Assembly (NCBI GenBank): GCA_002104905.1
Contig: MCFE01000361.1
Location: 23,327-87,326, forward strand
Length of the DNA stretch: 64,000 nt
Origin: Basidiobolus meristosporus CBS 931.73
Lineage: Eukaryota; Fungi; Basidiobolomycota
Reading direction: 5' to 3'
The position numbers and the translations under genes were made by a program. The notes beneath the pieces are model-generated. The model saw nothing but the letters and a program-made list of their open reading frames with translations. It was not told the origin of the DNA and did not search any database. Positions within the stretch are counted from its first letter, which is position 1. The number at the start of each line of letters is the position of its first letter. Of this stretch, positions 11,571 to 23,300 are shown one piece after another.

Positions 11571-14500
11571 TCATGGGCCTTGAACGAGATGCAAGATTGC
11601 TTGCTGCCTCGCAAGAATAATCCGAAGTGGTCCCAGAGCACCGAGTTGATCTGGCTGAGCACTGAGGCGATTTATCTTGTCGGATGAGCTTCGACAGTCT
11701 CTGTTCAACTCATTTTTGATCTTGGCACGCAGGGTCGATACATCGGCCTCCAAAGAGAGCAGCTGCACAATAAATGATCGTGCCTTCTCGGCCACAAGAT
11801 CGTCAGAGTCGGCTAGAAGGGAGACCAGGGTCCTAAGGTCTTGCCCTTCCCACATCTTTATCCAGTGGTTAACCAAAACCGGGTCTTGCTCAGCGATAGT
11901 GGTAAGCGAGACAAGTATCGATACGGTGTGTGCTCTGATTTGGGGCAGCGGAGACAGAGATAAAAGTTTGCTCAAAGAGATGCCAGCACTGGAAGCAAGG
12001 ATGCGCTCGCCAAGTGCTCTAGCAGCAGCTATTGTGCGGTGTGAAGATAAATAGTGGTTCAGCAACCCTGCAAACTCCGCTACGGTCTGGGAGACGGTAT
12101 AGGCGGAGCTGCTCCATTTCGGTTTCTTTTTCTTCGACTTCTTGCCATGGAGCTTTGATTTATTCACCACCTCGGCGACAAACGACTCCGATAGCTTGGC
12201 CAGGCATTCTTCGAATCGTGTGTAAGCTTGTTCTCGGGTTTGGGGGTTGTCGTAGAGCATGTTGAATGTAGCCTCGAACAAAGGTGACAGCCCAGGGATC
12301 TTATTCATGGTAAACATATCCAGCATGTCGTACCATACTGGATGGTCCGAATTCCCAATGTCAACCTCATGATCCAACGTGCATTGCACAAGCTGGACAA
12401 CCATCTCCTGCAGCGCCTTCGGGGACTGGGGATAAAGGGAGATCAGGGCCAGAATCCAAAGGCGATCTATCTTCTTTCTCTTCCACTGGTGTAACCACAT
12501 ATCCGATATCCTTGATTGGATATTGTATTGCTCCAACTGCGTGATGGCTTGTACCAGCAGGAGCAACCCACGACTGGCGTCAGGCTGAATAAGTGCCTCC
12601 AGCGAGCCCAGCTCCTGACTCTTGACCTCGATATCCTTCGAATTGAAAAACAGAAACGAGAACCATGCCTCATCGATGACCAACGTCTCAAAAAGATGCG
12701 CAGCCAAAGACTGATCCTTCTCGACTATCACGTCTATCATCACCGGAAGGATAAGATTATAAAACCACTTGATGGAGCCCGGCTCGGAATGCTCTTTCAG
12801 CGCGGTAAGGAGCTCAAGAATGATGGCAAATCTAGAGTCTTCAGGCTCGTCAGCGAGCAGGATATACAGCTGGTTCTGGGCAGCGATGCTACCAGGGTTG
12901 TTGAAATAGTTCACCAGCGTAGGGCGTAGTTCCTGCGACTTGAACAACGCCTCTCGGTTCTTCCAGGAGGTGAAGAATACGGACACAAGAGCAGCAGACA
13001 TCGTGGATTTGTTCTTGTCGTCTTTGAGTAGAGACAGAAGCTGATGCATGTAATTGGTAGTGTTCTCGGTGCCAACGTTAGAGGTGTCGTCCCAATCTAT
13101 CTTCTCGATCAGCCATTTGAAGTACCTCTTCTGCACTAAAGGGGAGGTGATGGAAAGACAGTCGATAATCCATGTGACCAGATGGTCATTGGTGTTTTCT
13201 TCGGTCAGGTACTGCAGCAGATTTTGGCAAAGGTCGGGGCATTTGACATCGATGCTGTAATCGGCTTGGAGTTCCGCGGTGGGGTCAAAGATTAAACTGA
13301 CCCTTTCGGTGGTGGGATTGAACAGCTGGACAAGTGCATAGAAAGGGCTTGCTCGTTTGTTGTATATACGCTTCCTTTTCTTGACCATGGCGGAGAGTGG
13401 CTCAAGAATAAGCTGAAATTTCTCTGGCTCCCAGGTCAGCCAGACCGCGATAACGTGCTCCAACAGAAATTTCCTATCGCTGGGATACTGGCTTCCAATC
13501 AAATCTTTCAACTGCTCGCTGAACGTTGTGACCGATTCTTCTCCCGCATAGCGGATCCATAACTCAACTCCCTTGGTGACCAGTTTGTCGCGGTCATACA
13601 TCGCATGAGGCGGCGGTGCAACTATGAAGTCTGGTCCAAGCACGTTATCGATCTTCGGTTTATCGACAGCTACCCCAATAATAGATGTTGCTCTGGGTTC
13701 TGCACCTATGCTAGGGACTTTGTCAGAAGGTTGGGGTGTGCTTGCGTTTCCGCCCGGACCCGCTGTGGAAGAGATAGAAAGGTCACGGATGCCTGAGCTT
13801 GACGGTCGTATGACCGGGGGTATGGGTTTTGGAAGAGTTTCCTGCTTAGGGACAGGGGACAACGGCGGCCTGGTATTCTGGCTACTTGATGATGTAGAAG
13901 TGGATGTTGGCATGCCGATATTGTGGTGGCCTGACTTTGACGGGTTGATGATTGGAACGTCAAGACTCTTCGGGCGTTTGATCTCGGGCGGGTGCGGATT
14001 TTCCACAGTGTTGGTCAAGAACATCCAATTGGAATTGGCATTTTCCTCGCTTAGATTGTAAACACCTTGACCAGAGGCCTGTTTCAAAAATGAAGCCATT
14101 CCCTGGACTGATTCGGTGGTCAAGGGCTGCTCACTTTGTCTGCTGGGCTGAAGATGATCAGATAAGTTGGTGATGGGGGTGCCGGACTCCGGAGTGAAAG
14201 CACCTTGTCCCGTAAACGGGGCTATCTTGGGTTGTGTGTCTGAACCGCTAGGCTTGGTTGGAATTGGCGGGTTAAGGAGAAGCGACTGTAATGAGCCCCC
14301 ATTCCTTTTTGGCGATGCTTCAGTAAAAGTATTCGCTTGAGGGTTTCTCGCGGGAGAAGTATACCGATTTCCTTCCGAGTTCGTGGGATTGCTCAACAAT
14401 ATATTTTGGAAACCGTGTGGTGTGGAGGATGACGGGGCTGAAGGCATCACATGCCTAGCAGTAAGGTTAGAGATGACCATTCCGTCGTTTATGTTCGGAT

Positions 14501-15596
14501 TTCTGTTTGATGGTTGATGTGTAATAATGGGACTCGGTTGGTTCTCGACTGCTGGAGGGTAGGTGCTATTCATATGCTGTGGTAGCTCTCTCTTGTAAGC
14601 AGTAAGGCTCTGTGGAGTGAAAGAGGTAGGCGTATTTGACATATGGGGCATTTCAGCGGTTGGCGTTGAAGTCTGCTTCCTTCGAAAGATTTCATCTAAA
14701 TAGGAATTACTTGGACCACTAGTTGGAGCGGAGGTTTGTCTGAATACTGAAGATTCTTTTCGATAAGCGTCATTCATAGAAGTTGTAGCATCCGGAATCA
14801 GATTGCTATGTGGATAATTTTCCTGCTTAACAGCTGAACCAAAAGGAGACACGTATTGATACTGATTTAGGTTTTCCATCCGACTACTAGGCATTTTTTC
14901 CGTTGAGGTTCCGGTGTGATATTCATGGGGGTTGCTGCTAGCATACCGCTGGTCGGCAGCCATTGGCGCGATTGGGGTTTGCCGAGGATCAGCCATTCCG
15001 CTCCTCTCATCCGTAACGTTGTTGAATACATAGGAGCCAGATCTAGGTGCCACATTCGAGGCCTTGGCACTATATACATTCCTATTGTAGTGTTCAGGAT
15101 TTGAAAAGATGCTAGCGCCTGCATTGTCTGTCCAACGGGGTGTTCCTTGTGGAGGATTATTGTTGTTGGATTGAATATCAAACATACCGTAGGATTGCGG
15201 GGGTATGGAGGTGGAATTGGTGGGCTCCTTCTGAAACCCGTAGGTTGCCCGCTCTCTCTCAAACATGGTTCCAGAATTCAACGGATTGGGATATGAGGGC
15301 AAAGAGGTTGAGGTTTTGTGATACGGCGCAAAATTTGATATGGTAGGATTGGCCGATGCCTGTGGCAATGAAGGAATGTTTGTAATTGCTGGTAAGGTGG
15401 GGTTCGAATGCATTTGTGGATCCAAGCCAGGAAATCTGTTTGTGTCTTGACCATATTCAGGTCTCATTTGTTCTCGAGGGATTTCTTGGTTGTATTCGTT
15501 TCGAGAGAATTTCTGGTTCCTCGGATCTACTTGGTATGAACCTCGAGGTCTCTTTGGGGGTTGTGAGCCTTGATACTCATAGTAATACTTGTCCAT
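11571..15596 (-). CDS. Hypothetical 1341-aa protein: long P/S/N/Q-rich disordered N-half and Leu-rich helical (ARM/HEAT-like) C-half
   Basis: Uninterrupted 4026-nt ORF. Composition switches near aa 650 from low-complexity to amphipathic helical. Family not recognised. Confidence 0.85.
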   Translation of the reverse strand: MDKYYYEYQGSQPPKRPRGSYQVDPRNQKFSRNEYNQEIPREQMRPEYGQDTNRFPGLDPQMHSNPTLPAITNIPSLPQASANPTISNFAPYHKTSTSLPSYPNPLNSGTMFERERATYGFQKEPTNSTSIPPQSYGMFDIQSNNNNPPQGTPRWTDNAGASIFSNPEHYNRNVYSAKASNVAPRSGSYVFNNVTDERSGMADPRQTPIAPMAADQRYASSNPHEYHTGTSTEKMPSSRMENLNQYQYVSPFGSAVKQENYPHSNLIPDATTSMNDAYRKESSVFRQTSAPTSGPSNSYLDEIFRRKQTSTPTAEMPHMSNTPTSFTPQSLTAYKRELPQHMNSTYPPAVENQPSPIITHQPSNRNPNINDGMVISNLTARHVMPSAPSSSTPHGFQNILLSNPTNSEGNRYTSPARNPQANTFTEASPKRNGGSLQSLLLNPPIPTKPSGSDTQPKIAPFTGQGAFTPESGTPITNLSDHLQPSRQSEQPLTTESVQGMASFLKQASGQGVYNLSEENANSNWMFLTNTVENPHPPEIKRPKSLDVPIINPSKSGHHNIGMPTSTSTSSSSQNTRPPLSPVPKQETLPKPIPPVIRPSSSGIRDLSISSTAGPGGNASTPQPSDKVPSIGAEPRATSIIGVAVDKPKIDNVLGPDFIVAPPPHAMYDRDKLVTKGVELWIRYAGEESVTTFSEQLKDLIGSQYPSDRKFLLEHVIAVWLTWEPEKFQLILEPLSAMVKKRKRIYNKRASPFYALVQLFNPTTERVSLIFDPTAELQADYSIDVKCPDLCQNLLQYLTEENTNDHLVTWIIDCLSITSPLVQKRYFKWLIEKIDWDDTSNVGTENTTNYMHQLLSLLKDDKNKSTMSAALVSVFFTSWKNREALFKSQELRPTLVNYFNNPGSIAAQNQLYILLADEPEDSRFAIILELLTALKEHSEPGSIKWFYNLILPVMIDVIVEKDQSLAAHLFETLVIDEAWFSFLFFNSKDIEVKSQELGSLEALIQPDASRGLLLLVQAITQLEQYNIQSRISDMWLHQWKRKKIDRLWILALISLYPQSPKALQEMVVQLVQCTLDHEVDIGNSDHPVWYDMLDMFTMNKIPGLSPLFEATFNMLYDNPQTREQAYTRFEECLAKLSESFVAEVVNKSKLHGKKSKKKKPKWSSSAYTVSQTVAEFAGLLNHYLSSHRTIAAARALGERILASSAGISLSKLLSLSPLPQIRAHTVSILVSLTTIAEQDPVLVNHWIKMWEGQDLRTLVSLLADSDDLVAEKARSFIVQLLSLEADVSTLRAKIKNELNRDCRSSSDKINRLSAQPDQLGALGPLRIILARQQAILHLVQGP

Positions 15597-16100
15597 CGTT
15601 CCTAAGACCTTCCTGGTCCTTCGATATGAAAGTGCAAATCGATTCTTGGTTGCTTTTGTTGAGGAAAAGGCGAATTGGGCATTTTATAGAGGCATAGATC
15701 AATTTCCTGATCGGTTGTTCCCAAAAATTATTTCATCACAGTGGTATTAATGCATGTATAGTAAACATGGTTCCCGCTCCCTCCTCAATCGATGGGCTGG
15801 AGGTTAGGTCTTGTGCTGTCTCCTCTTTCTCGGAGAATTGCGATGTTATTCTGCTTTCAAATCACCTTATTTTACCAGTGGCATGTCACTAGAATGACAG
15901 CTCCAAGGAAGGTTTCAAGGTTGGATTTGCATGGATATCCGTTCCATTTAATGTTGATCTGAGCTCATACATAACCACGAGATTAATCATTTTGTAAAGA
16001 TTTATCCCAACATTTCAATCATCCTGGCTTTTCTGTAAGAGCCCTAGAGTGCATGTACCAATTCATTTCGTAATTCTACCATCTTAAAGAGTCGTCAATC

Positions 16101-17861
16101 ATGGTAATCTTGAAGTCCTCCCTTCATGCTTTCCTTTGGCTATCGTTTCATTCCACTTACACAGGCTTAGCTGACATTGCTCCGTGAATTTTTAGGGTCA
16201 AGAGCATTCGAAGGTGTCTTTGGAACAACGCAAAAATACCACCACACAGGTGCCTACGCTATCCACACTACGCCACACAATCGCCTCCAACTCCAACTCA
16301 AACTCCACCTCCTCATCTTTGTCAACCCACACTCCTGAATCCAGACCGACTTACCAAAGCTATACGACCCAGCCACTTAATATAGCGTCAGCAAGCAGTA
16401 TCGATACTTCAATCCTCTCAACATCTGCCCCTACAACTCAACAATATTCGATTATGGCAACACTGTACCCAGATACAAGATCGGAGCATAAGGGGATCCC
16501 TTCCGCCTATTTCAAAAGACGAACCTATTCAGTTGAGAGTAAGAGAAGTGCCTACAAACCTAGAACGCTATCTGATTACCCAAAGGTAAGCCTACGTCGT
16601 GTCCCGACCACTTCGTTACCTGTGCTTATCTCCCCGAATGATCACAGGGTCTCGTCACAGTAAACTTAATCGATCATACTTCGGATAATGAAGAACCGGA
16701 GCTCCAGTTACTTGCCCAGAGCCAAAGGGTATTTACTGACTCAGCGATTTAAAGATGGGCTCACTTTCATTTATCAAGCCGCTTCTTAGTTTCAGCCACT
16801 TGTAAAATCCTCCGGTTATACCTCCTTTGGCTTCGGTAACCTCTGGGGCTCTACCTCCCCATCTCCTGATATATCGGGGTTGAGTAAGTCATTGAAGCCT
16901 GGTCGCGGAGACATTTCTCAACAGCACATTAACAACCATCCAGCACTAGATTCCGACCCGCTCGCTAACATTTGCACAGACTTGCAAGGCCACGTGAGAA
17001 GAAATGCCTACCAGGTGTCGGAAGACCAAGTTAGATGTGTCTTTATTGATGTTTGGCAGACTCATCTCTAACAAAGACTCCTACTTTCGTAGCGTTCTCT
17101 CGCAGACAATCTGAAAGCAATGGACGAGTTCTCCTCGGAGCTTTGGAATGGCGTGAGTGCCAACTTACAAGACATGAAAACATGCGCCGATCAGCTCAGC
17201 AATGGTCCGTATCTTCCTAAAACTGATTTCCTGTTGATAGTCATCTCACTTGATGTACCCTGTAGTCACCGCGCTTCAACAACAAATCGAGAACACCCAT
17301 CAGCTATTGTTCAACGTCTTTCAGACTTTGGGGAAGTTGAACTCTTTGTTGCCAGAGGCGCAGAGAGTCGAGTCGCTTTCAGAAGACCAATACCCTGCTC
17401 TTCAGCGAGCCTACCAGACTTCGCTACGTAAGCGTTCAGGATCTGTCAGCGTTGAGAGAAATCGGTTGTCTTTACCTAGCCGACGTGGTAAAGAAACCAC
17501 CACCCTCACGCTGAACAATGTTTTCTCCGGCGCTGACTCTTACGGTGATGTGAGCAGCTATCGTGCCCCATCCCCGGCACCATCGATTCATAATGCCGAA
17601 AGCTCAGCTTCAAGAACGTTGAAAGAGCTGGCCTCGCGGTCGGATAAAGAGCGCTCCACCTCTTGGTCCACCGTTTTTAACACGCCCTCTCGCCGGGCCC
17701 TCCCTATGAGGCAACAAATATCGCGTGCGGAGCGATATAGTGGCGCTGACACCGCCTCCCCCGATATTGACCGCCTGTTGCATCTTTCCTCTTTACAACT
17801 ACCAGATTCCCCTCAAGAAACTGTACACCACGTTCCTAACCTAAACAACCATAATCCATAA
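16101..17861 (+). CDS. BORCS5: BLOC-1-related complex subunit 5 (myrlysin/LOH12CR1) homolog with extended N and C termini, multi-exon
   Basis: ATG alone as first coding exon (16101-16103), intron 16104-16195, giving MGQEHSK (N-myristoylation MGxxxS). Spliced core LANICTDLQGHVRRNAYQVSEDQRSLADNLKAMD...LGKLNSLLPEAQRVESL parallels human [26 protein letters not shown]...LDRLNSMLPEGERLEPF. Confidence 0.8.
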
Positions 17862-18206
17862 TCCTGGGAGTCCCGTCCACCTTGTAGTATACACTTCTTC
17901 ATGTATCATAGACTTGAAACTGCCGATGCTCACTTCTCTGCAGTCTCGCCAGTAAGAGCCAGTTGGTTGGTGGTGAATCAGGTGCCACACCAGTTTGTAG
18001 TGTGACTTGCTGAGCTTGAATAAACTCCATGGAGCTTGGTCCATTTCATCAATTGCAAGAGGCTAAAATATGGACTCTAGTGCTCTGAAGCATGAGCGTG
18101 AACAGACTGCCCGGGATTTATTGGATTCCGGAAACTCGCCTTTGCAGTTTGATTGCAAGTTACGGAGTAATGCTAAGGATTGTGCACTCACTGAAGAAAC
18201 TGTTTC

Positions 18207-18360
18207 TGTTGTAAATTTCGTAATTACTCCTAAATATTCATCCAACTTAGTCACATAGATCATTGTCTCCAAACCTTCAAGAATTCTGGCCAAACTCCTT
18301 GCCAGGATTTACTTTGAATCTTCTCATCAAAATATTCCCTATGAAAAATCTCAAACTTGG
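18207..18360 (+). repeat. Truncated, degenerate LTR of copia family 1; first transposon sequence after the gene arm
   Basis: Begins TGTTGTAAATTT and aligns to the 5' part of the ~350-bp LTRs at 19168 and 22507. Confidence 0.75.
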
Positions 18361-18399
18361 ATTTCATCTGATAATATGATGGTATTCTAACAGTATTTT

Positions 18400-18910
18400 G
18401 CCGGTATTCAGCTGGTGTTTTTCCTTTGAATTTTTAGTTGCAATTTTTGGTGGAAGTAGTGTGTAGCTGATTGCCAAATTTAGCATGAATGCTACCCTAA
18501 GAAAAGAAAATCAAGAACAGTCCTGGAGAATACAGCATAGTATCAACTGAGTTCCACATTTCTCCAAATTTACAACTCTCAACATTTTAGGTACTAGCTA
18601 TTTGGTAGACCGGCATATTTTCCAGGAGGAGGCTAGGGTACCTAGCACTCATGCCCAATTTAGTAATCATCTACTCACTACCTCCCCCAAAAATTGCAAC
18701 TAAAAATCTGAAGGAAAAACACTGGCTGAACACCAGCATAATGCTGCCTGAATACCAGCAGATCATCAGCTGAATTCCTGGTTTGAGATCTCAGATTGGG
18801 CTAGTTTACCTAGTCTTCTCCCTGAAAATATGTTGGCTTGTCTGCCAAATAGCTAGCACCTGAGATACTCAGAATATTAAGTTTAGAGAAACTTGGAATT
18901 AGCTGATATC
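18400..18910. repeat. Scrambled inverted-repeat cluster (A-B-A'-B'), probably MITE/foldback fragments
   Basis: ~18400-18500 is the reverse complement of ~18636-18740, and ~18540-18640 is the reverse complement of ~18800-18910. Confidence 0.65.
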
Positions 18911-19167
18911 TGTTGTAAAATTTGTAATTCCACCTAGATATTCACCTAACTTAGTCACTTAGATCATTACCTTCAAATCCTAGAGAATACTGACACAATT
19001 CCTTGTTGGGATTTATTTAGAATATTCTCACCAAAACATCATGTGCCTAGAACATGGAATATCTCAGAGCTTCCAAACAGCCCCCAACTTTGTGCACCTA
19101 CTTTTGAGACCTTTGAAAACATATTCTATGTGCTTGTTATGCCAAGACCATGTAATACTGTAAATAC

Positions 19168-19517
19168 TGTTGTAAAAATTTGTAATTCCCCCTAAATATG
19201 CACCTAACTTAGTCACTTAAATCATTACCTCTAAATGCTAGAGAATACTGACCAAAATACTTGTTGGGACTTACTCAGAATATTTTCACCAAAATATCAG
19301 GTACCCAGAGCATGAATATTCTCAAAGTTGTTCAAGCAGCCCCAAAATTTTGCACACATGCTCTTGAGACCTTCCTAAGCCTATTCTACATGCTTGGTAT
19401 GCCAAGTGCATGTAAAAGTATAAATACTACTCTTGCATCCAATAAATATACATGTGAAAACTACTTAATCTACTTGTCCTCCCAATCACTTCCAATATCT
19501 CCAAGACTTTTACAACA
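19168..19517 (+). mobile_element. Copia family 1 solo LTR inserted in the 5' LTR of element B
   Basis: 350-bp TGTTGTAA...TTACAACA flanked by a perfect 5-bp TSD AATAC/AATAC; the host LTR resumes after it. Confidence 0.9.
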
Positions 19518-20349
19518 AATACTACCTTTACATTTAATAAAACCTCAAGTGCAAACTACTTGATCTACTAGTTCTCCTAACTACTTACAATATCTTGAAT
19601 ACTCTTACAACAGCTTATGAGCCCCAAGCTATCACTCTCTACAATGTCACTACAGCTATTATTAGAACTGTTCCCTCTGCTGATCAGTTGGATGGATCTA
19701 ACATCCTGGTCTGGAAGGTGAGAATAAAGATGCTGTAACAGGAAAGAAGCCTTTGGGATATTGCTATGGGAGAGGAGTGCTCTCCTAAAAATGCAGGAGC
19801 ACAAGCCTTAAAGTTCCAGAAGAAAGAACAAAGTGCCTTTCACTGCATTTGCTATAATGTTGAAGACAAATTGCTAATTCCATGTTCACAAGTAAAGACA
19901 GCAATTGATGCCTGGAAGGCATTAGAAGACACCTACCAGTCATGTTCAGCTGCTAAGAAAATTTATTCTAGATAAAATTCCTTATTACAAGTATGCCACC
20001 AGGAGGAGAAACAAAAAATTTGACTAACAGAATTTCCCTGTTGGCTGATGACATAAAATCAGTGGGCCTACCAGCTACTGATGACAATGTGCTGGTTATC
20101 ATCCCAAATAGCTTGACAGATAAGTTTCAGGGCCTTGCACAGCCATAGAGTCCAGAACTGAAGATTTGACCTTGAAATGTATATAAAGAAGGCTCCTGAA
20201 TGAACAATTAGAAAAATCAAGCACCAAAAAGAAGGAAGAAGAAAATGCCTTAATAAGCAATGCTAATCCACAAAGAAGGTACTCAGGCCCCTTCAAGGGC
20301 AACAGCAACCTGTTTTAAGCCTACTGCAAAAGAAAAGAACACACAATTG

Positions 20350-23300
20350 AATTGCAAGAGTCTTGGAGATATTGGAAGTGATTTGGAGAACAAGGAGATT
20401 ATGTGGTTTTTGCTTAATGATATATTGAATGTAAAAGTAGTATTAATACTCTTACATGGTCTTGGCATAACAATCACCTAGAATAGACTAAGGAAGGTCC
20501 CAAGAACATATGTGCAAAGTTTGAGGCTGTTTGGACAACTTTGAGAATTTTCATGTTCTGGGTACCTGGTATTTTGGTGAAAATATTCCAAGTAAATCCC
20601 AACAAGGAATTTGGCCAGTATTCCATAGGATTTGAAGGTAATGATCTACGTGACTAAGTTAGGTGAATATTTAGGTGGAATTACAAACTTTTACATCACT
20701 TGCACTCAGCTAATTGTTCATACTGACTAGTCCTAATTTTGACCTAAGATATTCAAACTTGTCTCTAGCTAATGGTTTGGTAAATATGTCTGCAATCATT
20801 TCATCTGTAGGACAGTAAACTAAGCTAACTAAGTTATTCTCTATAGCTTTATGTATGAAGTGATGTCTAGTATCTATGTGCTTGGTTCTAGCGTGAAAAG
20901 TTGGATTTCTACCTAATTGTATACATCCTTGATTATCTTGAAATAAAGTAATAGGCATTGTTTGACATAGGCCTAAATCTGTAAAAGCCTTTCTTAGTCA
21001 CATTACTACTTTGGTAGCTTTACAGGCTGCCATGTACTCTGCCTCTGAGGTAGAAAGTGTTATAGTTGGTTGCTTTCTGGAGTTCCATGAAATTGCTCCT
21101 TCACAGTAAAGAAAGGTGTATCCTGTGGTGGATTTTCTGGCATCCAAATTTTGTCCCCAATCAGCATCAGAGTATCCCACAAGATCCTGTTCTGAATCCT
21201 TATAAGTGTGTCTTAAGCAGATATCAGCAGTTCCTTTTAGGTATCTAAATATCTGCTTAACTGCTGCAATACAATCAGATCCATAGTACTGATTATGTTG
21301 GCTGACAACTCCCACTGAATATGAGATATCAGGACATGTTCCAAGCATGATATACATCAGACTGCCAACCATAGATTGATAAGGAAAGTCAGGGCTTTCA
21401 GATGGCACCAAGCTTTCTTGATTTGGTTGAGTTTTGACCAAGTTAAGGTTTGTTTCCATTGGGGTAGCTGCCGGTTTACAATCTTCCAATTGATACTTCT
21501 TTAGTATATCTTGAATATACTTGGATTGGCTTAGGGTGATAGCCTGGGCACTTCTGTCTATGAGGAACTTAATCCCTAAGTAGTAACTGAGTTCTCCTAG
21601 ATTGGACATCTTGAACTCCTTAGATAGGCTGGATATAGTCTCTTCCAATGTTTCTAGGTTATTGGTGGCTATAATAAGATCATACACATATAGAGCTAAT
21701 AGAACTGGATTTGCTCTATCTGGCTTGTAGTATATACTATAGTCAGCATTATTTCTTTTGAAACTCAAAGATTCCAAATAAGAATCTGTCTTGCGATTCC
21801 ATGCTCTTGGCAATTGTTTGAGACCATATAGAGACTTTTTAAGCTTACAGACCAAATCAGGGTTATCTTGATCAACAAACTCATCAGGCTGGTCCATATA
21901 CACATCCTCATCAAGTTCTCTATTCAAATATGCAGCTTTTACAACCATTTGATGTATAGAATTTATATTTGGCTGCAATAGCCAATATTAATCTGATGGA
22001 ATTAAACTTGGCTACCAGTGCAAAGGTCTCAGTATAGTCAAGTCCTTTTGTTTGAGAGTATTCTTTGGCAATAAGTCTTGCTTTGTATCCTGCAATTGTA
22101 CCATCAGCCTTGTATTTTGTCTTGAAGACCCATCTGCATCCAATTGATTTTTGGTTGATTGGTAATTTGACTAAGTCCCAAGTTTGATTTTCCATCAGGG
22201 CCTGATATTCCTCAATCATTGCAGATCTCTAAAGCTTTGTCTGAGGGCTATTTAGGGCCTCTTTACAGTCTGGGGTTCATCAATATGGACTGAATAGGCA
22301 TAGGCCAAGTTTGTACCCTCACTGATATAGTAATTTTGGTTATTTCTTGTCTGATTGGATCTCCAGGCATTTGATACTGAGATGATCACTTCTGGGATAT
22401 TCCTGAGCACTGATTCTGGCTGAATTATGGTTGTAGAGTCCTCTGGAGTGAAAAATTCTTTGTTGTTTTGCTCTGAATCAATCCTGACAATTGGTGGACT
22501 TGTGATTGTTGTAACAATTTGTATTTCCACCTGAGTACTCACCTAACTTAGTCACTTGGATCATTACCTTCAGATCCTAGAGAATACTGACCAAATCCTT
22601 GTTGGGATTTACTCAGAATATTTTCAACAAAACACCAGGTACCCAGAACATGAAAATTCTCAAAGTTGTCCAAACAGCCTCAAACTTTGCACACATGTTC
22701 TTGGGACCTTCCTTAACCTATTATAGATGTTTGTTATGCCAAGACTATGTAAAAGTATAAATACTACTTTTACATTCAATAAATCATTAAGTGAAAACCA
22801 CATAATCTACTTGTTCTCCAAATCACTTCCAATATCTTCAAGACTCTTACAACAGAGATCAGATGTTTGTCATCATCTGGTATCTTTTTTTGTGGAAATT
22901 ATGAATTTTCATCAAACAACATATCCCTAGACTTGATTAGCTTCTTTTCTTTGGTATTGTAGAGTCTGTATGCTGTACTTTCATTGGAGTAGCCCAAAAA
23001 TATGCATTTTACACTTTTTGGCTCCAATTTTGACTGATTTTTGGGAAGTTTCTTGGCATATGCTGTACAACCAATTATTCTTAGATGTTCTGCACTTGGT
23101 CTGTATCCATAACATGCTTTGGATGGAGTAAAACCACCAAGTATTCTGTTATAACTCCTATTTCTAATATATACAGCAGTGGCAACTGATTCCGCCCAAA
23201 AATCATAGGATAATTTTTGATCATGGATCATAGATTTTGCCATATCAATTATTGATCTGTTATCACGTTCTGCTACTCCATTTTGCTGTGGGGAGTATGG

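Noticed and set aside
11677-15697. Many 60-145 aa ORFs overlapping the 1341-aa gene (and similar ones over other genes and pol ORFs)
   Set aside because: Antisense or alternate-frame shadows of real coding sequence.
18070-18258. Short ORF running into the first LTR, possibly a truncated host gene
   Set aside because: Only ~45 codons before the LTR, with no homology recognised.
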